Of a stretch of 64,000 bases of DNA, positions 37,809 through 50,021 are shown one piece after another (position 1 is the first letter of the stretch; every line of letters begins with the position of its first letter). Both the position numbers and the translations under genes were made by a program. The stretch lies in the NCBI RefSeq assembly GCF_006345805.1, contig NW_021833433.1, forward strand, positions 10,917 through 74,916, given 5' to 3'. The notes beneath the pieces were generated by a model. The model was not told the DNA's origin. It searched no databases and saw only the letters and a list, made by a program, of their open reading frames with translations. Source of the DNA: Octopus sinensis. Taxonomy: Eukaryota.

Positions 37809-38810
37809 GCGCGCATACACGCATACATAATATGGCCGCCGGAACCAGCAGTCACATTGTCCTTATTTTACGAATCACCCACCAGCAAATTCAGCACCAC
37901 CCCTCCGCCGAGGAGACACCACGCCACGCCACCAGCCTTGTGTACCTTTATGAAAATGCCAACACAACCACCACATTCCCATCTGCAGCACCATCGCCAT
38001 CGCCGCCGCCGCCACCATCACCACCACCATCGTTGTTATCGCTTCTGCTTACCACGACCACTGCAAGCCAATGGAGGGGGCCCCTGCGCTGCATGACCTG
38101 TTTAGAAGAAACAGCAAAGTATCCCTTATATCAACACACACACATACACATACAAGACATGTACGCACATACATACACACTAGACACATGCACACACACA
38201 GACATACACCATTCTCACAATATACGCATGCGCGCACATACATACACATATACACACAAACACAAAGTCATATACACACTCACATACACAAACACACACA
38301 AACACATACAGACACACACACGACATACACAAACACATACATGCACATGCACACACACATCACACCACGCATACATGCACACACACATACACACACATGC
38401 AAGACGCAGGCACACACAAACACAAATGCACACACATACACATCACACCACGCATACGTGCACACACACACACACACTGTCTTACAAAACAAACGTTGCA
38501 AAAATGTGACCTTTGTGTCCCCGTTTCAGGCAGAAATATGATGGTGAGGCCACCAATGGAATGTCGTTGATCATGTAGACCTGCTAGACTGAAAAAATGA
38601 CCTGGGGCTTAATCAACACAATTCAGCCACCACTGTCACCACCATCATCGATACCATTATCAATACTACTGCCAAAACCATCGACAGAACCACCACCACC
38701 ACCACCATCATTGCTACCACCATCACCAAAACCACCAACATTAATACCACCACCACCACCAATACTGCTATCAAAATGTCACCACTTGACAATACCACTA
38801 CCACTACAAC

Positions 38811-39237
38811 CTATTTCTTTACTACCCACAAGGGGCTAAACACAGAGAGGATAAACAAGGACAGACAAACGGATTAAGTCGATTACATCGACCCCAGTGC
38901 GTAACTGGTACTTATTTAATTGACCCTGAAAGGATGAAAGGCAAAGTCGACCTCGGTGGAATTTGAACTCAGAATGTAACAGCAGACGAAATACCTATTT
39001 CTTTACTACCCACAAGGGGCTAAACACAGAGAGGATAAACAAGGACAGACAAACGGATTAAGTCGATTACATCGACCCCAGTGCGTAACTGGTACTTATT
39101 TAATTGACCCTGAAAGGATGAAAGGCAAAGTCGACCTCGGTGGAATTTGAACTCAGAATGTAACAGCAGACGAAATACCTATTTCTTTACTACTCACAAG
39201 GGGCTAAACATAGAGGGGACAAACAAAGACAGACAAC
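38811..39237 (-). mobile_element. SINE family C tandem (2 x 184 bp plus a partial third unit)
   Basis: Unit starts at 38811, 38995 and 39179. The first two units look identical. Confidence 0.88.
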
Positions 39238-40912
39238 CGATGCTGGTGTGTTTATGTCCCTGTAACTTAGTGGTTTGGCAAAACAGACCGACTGAATAAG
39301 TACTAGGCTTACAAAGAAATTAGGGTGACAATTAGGTTATGAACTTCCTTGGCTTACAGATGTTTCTGCTATAAGGCAAAATGCACTCATAATTGAGTAC
39401 TCGAGTACTCAATTTAGCTTTATTGGAACTTCAAACCTGAAGTGCAATCTGTTTTGGAAAAAACGTTTAAGTTTATGTGACTGACAGATAGCCAGCCATA
39501 GACAGAGAGATAGACAGACAGATAGATAGGCAGACAGAGATAGACATAGACAGACAGAGAGATAGACATAGACAGACAGAGATAGACATAGACAGATGGA
39601 GATAGACATAGACAGATGGAGATAGACATAGACAGACAGAGATAGGCATAGACAGACAGAGATAGACACAGACAGACAGAGAAAGACATAGACACAGACA
39701 GACAGAGAAAGACATAGACAGACAGAGATAGACATAGACAGACAGAGATAGACACAGACAGACAGAGAAAGACATAGACACAGACAGACAGAGAAAGACA
39801 TAGACAGACAGACATAGACAGACAGAGATAGACATAGACAGACAGACCGCTGGATGGTTAGACAGGCAAAGAGACAAGTAGTGACAGATGTATAGAGAAA
39901 GAATGAGAGAGAGAGATAGATAGATAGATAGACAGACAGATAGAGAGAGAGATTGACAGATAACTAGCTATATAAAGAGGCAGACAGCTAGACAGACAGA
40001 CAGACATTCTATCAGACAATGAAAGACACGGAACAATAAAAAAAAAAAAATGGAAAAAATACAGGGGTGGGAGCAGAGGGGTGGCAAGCAGATGATTATG
40101 ATAGGGAGACAGGCAGATGGCAGGAGGTCATGTTTTAGAAAAAGAGTAGAACTTATACAAAGAGGGTAGATGGAGGTGGGTGACACGGGGAGGGGGGGAG
40201 TTATCATCACCTCCATTTTTCCCCTGGTAACTCACTCCCACCCCATTAGGGTAGGGCAATAAATTACAAAGGGTACCTATGAGCAAGAGGTAAAGGATGA
40301 CAGTACAATATGCAGACAAACCCCTAGGTTGGAGAATAGGGTAGGCCTGAAGGGGAGTGGGTGGGAATGAAAGCAGTGTTGTTGTTATTGTTGTTGTTTA
40401 ACCCTGAGTTAGTCCTTGATCCAGTAGACTAATGATCCAATGGCTTCCAGCTGTGACCATCCTGTTTTATATTCACTTATAGTGTATCTGGCATTACTTC
40501 ATGGCCATGAGTGTCTATATACGACTTGGGGGAAGAGAGGGTCCACTCAACAAAATAGCAAATTGGGGACCCACAAAAGTATTTTAAGGGCCCCTGAATA
40601 AATTTTGCTTTAGATGTATGTATTGGTTATGTATTGCAAGAAACATTTCATTGGTTAAAATTCGAAGAATTAAACTACGTTAAACTTACAAATTACAATT
40701 TTCTCAAAAAAGCCAAGTGAAAATAATGTTTCCTTTTGACACATTCTACCAGTATACGAAGTTTCAAATTGTTTAGTTAACTAGAAATTCCGTCCATCAA
40801 AAGGAAAAGATCCCAGCTGGGTTCCTTTCTCTAACATTTTCCATAGTTCAACCTACTCAATGTGTGGAAAACAAAATACCAATTTGGAAAGAAGTTTCTA
40901 GAAAACTAGTTT

Positions 40913-41876
40913 TTAATCCTTTCGTTACCAACCCGGCTAAAATCGGCTCAGGCTCTGAGTACAAATGTCTTGGTTCCATAAGTTCTGAATTAAAATCTTC
41001 CACCAAAAACCTTAGTCACAATTTATGTTCCTAACACTAGCTTAATGATGACTAAGTTATTTTACTAAATTCTTTGTTATATTTAAAATTAATTGAAAGA
41101 AACACAGAGCATCTCAACAGAAATACAGTAACGAAAGGGTTAAAGTCACCATGATATTTTTAACCCTTTTGATACCAACCTAACTGAAACCACCCCTGGC
41201 TCTGTAGTACAAATGCCTTGTTTTCAAAAGTTTTGAATTAAAATCTTCCACCAAACCTTAGTCACAATTTATGTTCCTAACACTAGCTGAATGATAACTA
41301 AGTTATTTTACTAAATTCTTTGTTATATTTAAAATTATGTGAAAGAAACACAGAGCAACTCAACAGAAATATGGTAACAAAAGGGTTAAAGTCACCATGA
41401 TATTTTTAACCCTTTTGATACCAACCTGGCTGAAACCACCTCTGGCTCTGTAGTACAAATGTCTTGTTTTCATAAGTTTTGAATTAAAATCTTCCACCAA
41501 ACCTTAGTCACAATTTATGTTCCTAACACTAGCTTAATGATAACTAAGTTATTTTACTAAATTCTTTGTTATATTTAAAATAAATTGAACGAAACACAGA
41601 GCATCTCTAAATACAGTAACAAAAGGGTTAAAGTCACCATGATATTTTTAACCCTTTTGGTACCAACCCGGCTGAAACTGCCTCTGTCTCTGTACTACAA
41701 ATGTCTTGTTTTCAAAAGTTCTGAATTAAAATCTTCCACCAAAACTTAGTCACAATTTATGTTCCTAACACTAGCTTAATGATAACTAAGTTATTTTACT
41801 AAGTTCTCTGTTATATTTAAAGTAATTGAAAGAAACACAGAGCATCTCAAAATAGATACAGTAACGAAAGGGTTAA
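40913..41876. mobile_element. Tetramer of the same piggyBac-type MITE
   Basis: Units at 40913-41143, 41160-41389, 41406-41631 and 41648-41876. Each is TTAA-bounded and separated by AGTCACCATGATATTT. Confidence 0.9.
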
Positions 41877-42002
41877 ATACTGAATGGCTATAGGGGGTCC
41901 ATCAGAATAAAATACTAATCGAAGGGGTCCATTGTTTGTTGAGAACCCCTGCTTTAGATGTTGTATGTATTGGTATGTAGTGCGAGAAACAGCTGGGTTT
42001 AA

Positions 42003-42235
42003 GGCGGCGAGCTGGCAGAATCGTTAGCACGCCGGACAAATGCTTAGCAGAATTTCGTCTGCCGCTACGTTCTGAGTTCAAATTCCGCCGAGGTGGACAT
42101 TACCTTTCATCCTTTCAGGGTCGATAAATTAAGTACCAGTTACGCACTGGGGTCGATATAATCGACTTAATTCGTTTGTCTGTTCTTGTTTGTGCCCCTC
42201 TTTGTGTGGCCCCTTGTAGGCAGTAAAGAAATAAG
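42003..42235 (+). mobile_element. SINE family C, full length
   Basis: A-box-like head and GAGTTCAAATTCC B box. Other copies at 44714-44944 (+), 48139-48366 (-), 59795-60024 (-) and 61756-62070 (+, with partial tandem). Confidence 0.85.
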
Positions 42236-43287
42236 GAACAACTGGGTTTCTTTCTCCACCATAATACAATGGTAATCAAAGGGGTCCATAGATAAGAAAT
42301 GGTTGAGAACCCCTGATCTAATATGTCCTTTTTTGCTGTTATTTAGCCCTAGGTCAGTCCCAGTCCAGCAGACCTATGATCAAAGGTGGTTCACATATGA
42401 CCACCCTGTCTTATTCAGACAGACATAGTGTATCTAGGCCTACATTCTTTAATGTGTCCTTCTTTGTTGATGTTTAGCCCTGAGTCTGTCATGGTCAAAC
42501 ATGTTCCAGTTGTGACCATCCTGTCTGTTATTCAGACATTGTGTATCTAGGACTATATTATCTAATGCTGTTGTATAGCCCCAGGTCAGTCCTGATCCAG
42601 CAGACCTATGATCAAAGGTGTTCCAAACGTGACCATCCCGTCTTTTCTTCTTGTTGTTGGTAATTTCTCCCAGGTTAGTCTTGCTTCAAATAGACCTATA
42701 ATCAAAGACAGTCCAGTTATGACCATTCCATCTAGGAACACATTATTCAATGCATTCATTATCTTTTTAAGCCAACAGCAGGGATATCTGGCAGTTATTT
42801 CTAGCACACAGAAACACCACAATGAGGGCCCCTGATTAGCTCCCCATCCTGCACCCTCAACAGAAGTAGGTTGTGTAGGTGGATACCCAGGGTGGCTGGG
42901 TAGGTTTAGAATGATGAATGACAGCAGGAGGGGGGGACAGCGAGGAGGGGGGAACTTTTTGGTTTGCTTTTTTCATATTGCAGTGGTGAAAAGGGGTTTA
43001 AGGGACACATAATAGGACCCTCTCTTCTACTTCTTTTTTTTGTTAAGGACCAGCTGCTTCTGGTGACGTGACCCCACTGAACCCTAGATTCTCAGAACCC
43101 CACATACACACCCAACACACAGATAAGTGTAGGAAAATATCACTAATTGTAGGGTGTGTGTGTGTGTATATACATATTTGTGTATATGTACATATGCATG
43201 TATGTGTATAAGTATGTATATTTACATGTATAATTATGTGTGTATATATGAGTGTATATATACATGAAGTCATAAATGACAGAGTTT

Positions 43288-43643
43288 GCTTACCAACCAC
43301 ATGGTTCCGGGTTCAGTCCCACTGCGTGGCACCTTGGGCAAGTGTCTTCTACTATAGCCCCGGGCCGACCAAAGCCTTGTGAGTGGATTTGGTAGACGGA
43401 AACTGAAAGAAGCCTGTCCTGTATATGTATATATATATATATGTGTATGTGTGTGTATGTCTCCCTAGCATTGCTTGACAACCGATGCTGGTGTGATTGT
43501 CCCTGTAACTTAGCAGTTCAGCAAAAGAGACCGATAGAATAAGTACTAGGCTTACAAAGAATAAGTCCTGGGGTCGATTTGCTCAACTAAAGGCGGTGCT
43601 CCAGCATGGCCACAGTCAAATGACTGAAATAAGTAAAAGAGTA
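43288..43643 (+). mobile_element. CORE-type SINE family B
   Basis: Match to the family, slightly 5'-truncated. Confidence 0.82.
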
Positions 43644-43688
43644 TATACGTATGTATGTATGTATGTATGTATGTATGTGCATGTATGA

Positions 43689-43719
<31 letters not shown>

Positions 43720-44479
43720 AGAGAAATTATACAAACTGTGTAAGTGGATGATGAGTAAAGGACCAGCACAGTTTCAACCTCAGCAGAATTTGAACTCAGA
43801 ACATAAAGACAGATGAAATACCGCTCGCTGTGCTAACGATTCTGCCAGCTCACTGACTTAAAGCTGTATGTATATTAAAAGAATTAAAGGTAATGCTGAG
43901 CAACTTTGTAATAATCCTCATTATCATTATTGTTGATATGTGTGTTTGGCACCACCCCACCACCATCACCACCACTCAACAACCGGTGTTGGTGTGTTTA
44001 CGTCCCCTCCGTGCCGGTGGCACATAAAAAGCACCATCTGATCGTGGCCGTTGCCAGCCTGGCCTGGCCCCCGTGCCGGTGGCACGTAAAAAGCACCATC
44101 CGTCCATGGCCATTTGCTAGCCTCCCCTGGCACCTGTGCTGGTGGCATGTAAAAAGCACCCACTACACTCACGGAGTGGTTGGCGTTAGGAAGGGCATCC
44201 AGCTGTAGAAACACTGCCAGATCAGACTGGGCCTGGTGCAACCTTCTGGCTTCCCAGACCCCAGTTGAACCATCCAACCCATGCTAGCATGGAAAGCGGA
44301 CGCTAAACGATGATGATGATGATGATGATTAATTTAGCAGTTCAGCAAAGGAGACTGATAGAATAAGTCCTAAGCTTAAAAACGAAAAATAACAAGACCC
44401 GGGGTCGATTGCAAGGCATACATAATGCATCATGTAAGTCTTGCACTTTGTGATAAAGCCCTCTATACCTTTTACTCTC

Positions 44480-45107
44480 TTTTTACTCTTTTACTTGTTT
44501 CAGTCATTTGACTGTGGCCATGCTGGAGCACCGCCTTTAGTCGAGCAAATCGACCTCGGGACTTATTCTTTGTAAGCCCAGTACTTATTCTATTGGTCTC
44601 TTTTGCCGAACCGCTAAGTTAAGAAGACGTAAACACACCAGCATCGGTTGTCAAGCGATGTTGTGGGGGAGGACAAACACAGACACACACATATATATAT
44701 ATATGTATATATAGGCGGCGAGCTGGCAGACACGTTAGCACGCCAGGCGAAATGCTTAGCGGTATTTCGTCTGTCGTTACATTCTGAGTTCAAATTCCAC
44801 CGAGGTCAACTTTGCCTTTCACCCTTTCAGGGTCGATAAATAAAGTACCAGTTTCGCACTGGGGGCGATATAATCAACTCAATCCCTTCGTCTATCCTTG
44901 TTTGTCCACTCTATGTTTAGCCCCTTCTGGGCAGTAAAGAAATATATATACATATATACGACGGGCTTCTTTCAGTTTCCATCTACCAAATCCACTCACA
45001 AGGCTTTGGTCGGCCAGAGGCTATAGCAGAAGCCACGCAGTGGGACTGAACCCGGAACCATGAAGTTGGTAAGCAAGCTACTTACCACACAGCCACTCCT
45101 GCGCCTA
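44480..45107 (-). mobile_element. CORE-type SINE family B split by a family C SINE
   Basis: Tail half at 44480-44690 and head half at 44958-45107. A + strand family C copy (44714-44944) sits inside the internal microsatellite. Confidence 0.82.
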
Positions 45108-45905
45108 TGCAGATATTTCATAATGAAATCAGTCAAAATAATGTAGTCCTAGGTACACTATGTTTGAATAACAGACATGATGGTCACATCTGGAACATCT
45201 TTGATCTTAGGTCTACTAGATAAAGACTGACTTGAGGCTCATCAACAACAAGGAAAGACACATTAGGTAATGTAGTCCTAGGTACACTATGTCTGAATAA
45301 CAGGCATGATGGTCACATCTGGAACATCTTTGATGCTAGATCTGCAACAACAACAACAAGGAAAGACACATTAGATAATGTAGTCCTAGGTACACTAGAC
45401 GTGATGGTCACATCTGGAACATCTTTGATGCTAGATCTGCTACAACAACCACAAGGAAAGACACATTAGATAATGTAGTCCTAGAGACACTATGTCTGGA
45501 TAAAAAAAACAGGATGGTCATAGTTGGAATACCTTTGATCATAATCCTGCTGAATCGGAACTGAAGGTAAACATCACTGCTACACCGATCTCACACCACC
45601 ACCACTACCACCACCACCACTACCACCATCACCACCACCACCACCACTGAAGACCACAACACCACCCTGCACGCAATGAACTGGGAACCCGATTGTTCTG
45701 TAATTAGGTTAGACATGTGGGTGGGGTGAGGTGGTAGGAGTGGTGAGAGTTGGAAAAGTCAATGAGGGGAGGGGGAAGAGGGAGAGCGAGTGAGATAAGA
45801 GGTGGAGTGTAAGTAGAGCGGATATGGTGGTGGCTGCGGCAGTGGAGAGTAGATTGTCCCATCATTACAGAAGACAGATAGAGACACACATATACACACA
45901 CATAT

Positions 45906-45957
<52 letters not shown>

Positions 45958-46114
45958 TGTGTGTGTATCTATATATGTGCATATATGTATACGATGATGA
46001 TGATATATGTATATATATATATATGTATATATATATATAATATATATATATAATATATAGTGTGTGTGTGTATCTATATATGTGCATATATGTATACGAT
46101 GATGATGATATATG

Positions 46115-46164
<50 letters not shown>

Positions 46165-46532
46165 AGAGGGAAACCACTATGTGGACACCCATATGCTAGA
46201 AATAGATCCGCTACGGTCTCACCACTAAGAAATGTTCTCAAGAGAAATTTCGCAAAACAACCAAAACAGTAATCGAGCAAGACAAAAGAAATAGTAATAA
46301 AAATATGGATTATATATATATATGTATATATATGTTACACTCTCACGGTACAGAGTGAGAAATAGAGGAAGTGAGGCACACAAACACATGCCCAGGTAAG
46401 ACACACATAGAATGACAGACAGACAGACAAATCAGACAGATAGATGACCAAGCAAAAAGGCAGACACAATCACATACACCTGTACACACACAGTGAAGAC
46501 ATGTATGGAGAGAAGAATACAAAGTGAGCAAA

Positions 46533-46563
<31 letters not shown>

Positions 46564-47874
46564 TATATCTGTTACCAGAGCGGATAACTGGCTTCTGTGC
46601 TGGTGGCATGTAAAAGGCACCATTCGCGCGTGATCGTTACCAGCGTCACCTTACTGGCACCTGTGCCGGTGGCATGTGTAAAAAGATTTGAGCGAGGTCA
46701 TTGCCAGTGCTGCCTGACTGGCCCCTCCGTGTCGGTGGCACGTGAAAAGCACCCACTACACTCTCGGAGTGGTTGGCGTTAGGAAGGGCATCCAGCTGTA
46801 GAAACCCTACCAGATCAAACTGGAGCCTGGTGCAGCCTCCTGGCTTCCTAGATCCCCGGTCGAACCATCCAACCCATGCTAGCATGGAGAACGGACGTTA
46901 AACGATGATGATGATGATGATGATTGTATCTCAGGATCTTTTTGGCTCTGAGCCCGAGGCCACTAATCACTAGCTTATCTTCAGTTGTACATTCTTCTCC
47001 TGGGAAAGATTTGGCATTTATGAGCAACTGGCTTCCGTGCCAGTGGCACGTAAAAGGGCACCATTTAAGCTTGATCGTTACCAACATCACCTTACTGGCA
47101 CCTGCGCTGGTGGCATGTGTAAAAGGATTTGAGCGAGGTCATTGCCAGTACAGCCTGACTGGCCCCCATGCCGGTGGCAAGTGAAAAGCACCCACTACAC
47201 TCTTGGAGTGTTTGGCGTTAGGAAGGGCATCCAGCAGTAGAAACTCTGCCAGATCAAGATTGGAGCCTGGTGCAGCCTTCTGGTTCACCAGCCCTCAGTC
47301 AAAATTGTCCAACCCATGCTAGCATGGAAAGTGGATGTTAAACGATCATCATGAAGATGATAGAGAGAATTACAGACAGTGAAAAGAGACGCACACATAC
47401 ATACAAGTATATATATATACATGCACATCATGAAGAGTAAGAAAGATACTAATAAACACAAATACAAGACTCAACAAAGACAGACATGCACAATATAGCC
47501 ACAGGCAATTAATGAGAAAAAACAAGAAAAAAATAAAAACAAAAGAAAATACAGAAATGAAGATGAACAATCAAGAGTAGAAAGTCAAATGTGAAGGATT
47601 GTGAAGGCATTTCAGCATTTTGATATTTCAATATTTTGGACAATTTGCCCTTTGTCAAGGTAGATAAATATTGGGCAGACTGGAGCTGACCTGATATTAA
47701 ATACATATAACTCAAATTAAAGGGGCAGAAGGTAGCTGTCTTTTGCTTCTTCACTTATTTATAGTGTGTGTGAGTGTGAATATATGTATATATGTCATGT
47801 AAATGACACTCATTCATGTGGCACATAAAAGCACTCATCATATTCATGAAGTGGTTGGCATTAAGAAGTATGAT

Positions 47875-48105
47875 CTGGTCACAGGCAGAGGACAATCTGC
47901 CCCAGCGTGTGCAGCAGATGGCCATATGGCGGGAGGCTGCGGGGTGGTGCATGCATGCATGCAGTTCTTTGTTGGAAACCTGATGGTACCAGTTAATGTT
48001 CTACGTGGTTCTCAGGACTGCTACCAAAGCCATTGATACTCCTTGAATTGGTCTTTGCGAGGGTGCCATGTTTCTGCTCCATAGAGGTGAACAGAGAGAG
48101 GACCG
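47875..48105 (-). mobile_element. RTE-type LINE reverse transcriptase fragment, decayed
   Basis: ctctatggagcagaaacatgg encodes LYGAETW, followed by a frameshifted ...INWYHQVSNKEL-like segment. Confidence 0.65.
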
Positions 48106-48371
48106 ACACATTGTGTGTGTATGTATATGTATATATATATTTCTTTACTACCCACAAGGGGCTAAACACAGAGGACAAACAAGGACAGACAAACGGATTA
48201 AGTTGATTACATCGAACCCAGTGCATAACTGGTACTTAATTAATCGACCCTGAAAGGATGAAAGGCAAAGTAGACCTCGGCGGAATTTGAACTCAGAACG
48301 TAACAACAGACGAAATAAGGCTACGCATTTTGCCCGGCGTGCTAACGTTTCTGCCAGCTTACCGCCTTTTT

Positions 48372-48421
<50 letters not shown>

Positions 48422-49339
48422 CAGATAGAGAGCTAACTATACAGATATAGATGCATATAAAAGCATGTATACATTCATATACATGCACATAAATTTATAT
48501 ATATACATATATAGACATATGCATGTGTGTGTATATACAGGTGAATATCTTTACATATACGTGTGTGTGTGTGTGTATGAATATACACACACAGACAAAA
48601 GTAGAGACAAACAGCTGTAGTGAAAAATAGTCTGTGAGACAGTCACACACAGAGATAATCTAAGGAATTCCATACTTGATGGTGCCACCCAGATAATCTA
48701 CCCAAGAAATCTTTTAACGTAACAAAACTAAAGGCCTTTTGGCTGTCTCAGAGAAAAGGCATTTTTCTAAGAGTGTGTCTGTGGGTACATTGGTGTTGAT
48801 GATGGTGGGGTAGAATCAAACAGAACTGCAAAAATGTGATACTAAATAGATTAGCAATAATGTTTTCTACTATAGGCACAAGGCCTGAAATGTTGGGTGG
48901 GAGAGCTAGTCAATTAAATCGACCCCATATCTCAACTGGCATTGATTTTACTGACCCTGAAAAGTTAAAAGGTAAATTGGGCCCCAACAGAATTTGAACT
49001 CAGAACATAAAAGGGCCAAAAGAAATGTTGTTAAGAATTTTGTCTGGCATATTAACAATTTTACCAGGTCACCACCTAAGATAAAATTACAACAACAACA
49101 ACAACATGAAATCACCCTATTATACACATATGGTTGTGAAGCATATGCCAGGTGGACCCTTATCAGACAAATAGTCATGATGGATATATTGGGCTTCATA
49201 TATTTGTACTTCAGTATCAATTTGATGACATGCACTACTACCCTCTGTGACCCTTGGTAGCACTGCCAAGCCAAGAATTTCTGGAAAGTATCCATCCATA
49301 GGTAGTCCTGAACAGGAAAGTCCTCAGAGACAGACTATC

Positions 49340-49689
49340 CAGTTCATTTCTGTCACTGCGCACAGAGTTATGCTACTCCTGCCATTGATGTTCCTTCTCG
49401 AGCCATGCCTGGCTCATAAGGGCTGGTTTCCCAGTTTCCTTGGCGTATAGGTTCCCCACCTGGACGGGACGCCGGTCCATCACAGGTGAGCTGCAAGATG
49501 CAGGAGGAAAGAGTGAGAGAAAGTTGTGGCGAAAGAGTCAGCAGAAGTCTCGCCATTACCTTCTGCCGGAGCCGCGTGGAGCTTAGGTGTTTCGCTCATA
49601 AACACACACATCGTCCGGTCTGAGATTCGAACCCGCAATCCCTCGACCGCGAGTCCGCTGCTCTAACCACTGGGCCATGTGCCTCCACA
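49340..49689 (-). mobile_element. SINE (family A head and core, tail type 3)
   Basis: Same tRNA head (ends 49689) and core, with an unrelated tail that contains ccacctggacgggacgccggtccatcacagg on the + strand. Left boundary approximate. Confidence 0.8.
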
Positions 49690-49984
49690 CCCCTGCCATT
49701 AATTCTCTATCAGTAGTCTGTCTTCTTTAGTATTGCCATCAATAGGTGGGCTATAAAAACATCATTATATGTAGGCGGTAGGGGTCAGAAAAAGTGGGGG
49801 ATGAACTAAACTAAGTCATATAAAGAGAAGGGGAGGGACAGATGGCTGTGATGTCACAGTGAAGATGGTGTCCCTGTATTTATTGGGTGGATGAGCAGGT
49901 AGGTAGGTGAGGAAGGTGGGAGATAGAGAGACAAATACAGATTGATATAAAATCTCTCTCTCTCTCCCTCTCTTTCTGTCATAT

Positions 49985-50021
<37 letters not shown>

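Noticed and set aside
36923-38509. 528-aa ORF on the + strand
   Set aside because: It is composed of (GGT)n, (GAT)n and (CA)n translations, with no domain and no credible splice signals.
48994-49260. ORF containing LLYTYGCEAYARWTL
   Set aside because: Only a faint resemblance to the RTE LLYGxExWTL motif, too degraded to call. The first half is a decayed SINE.
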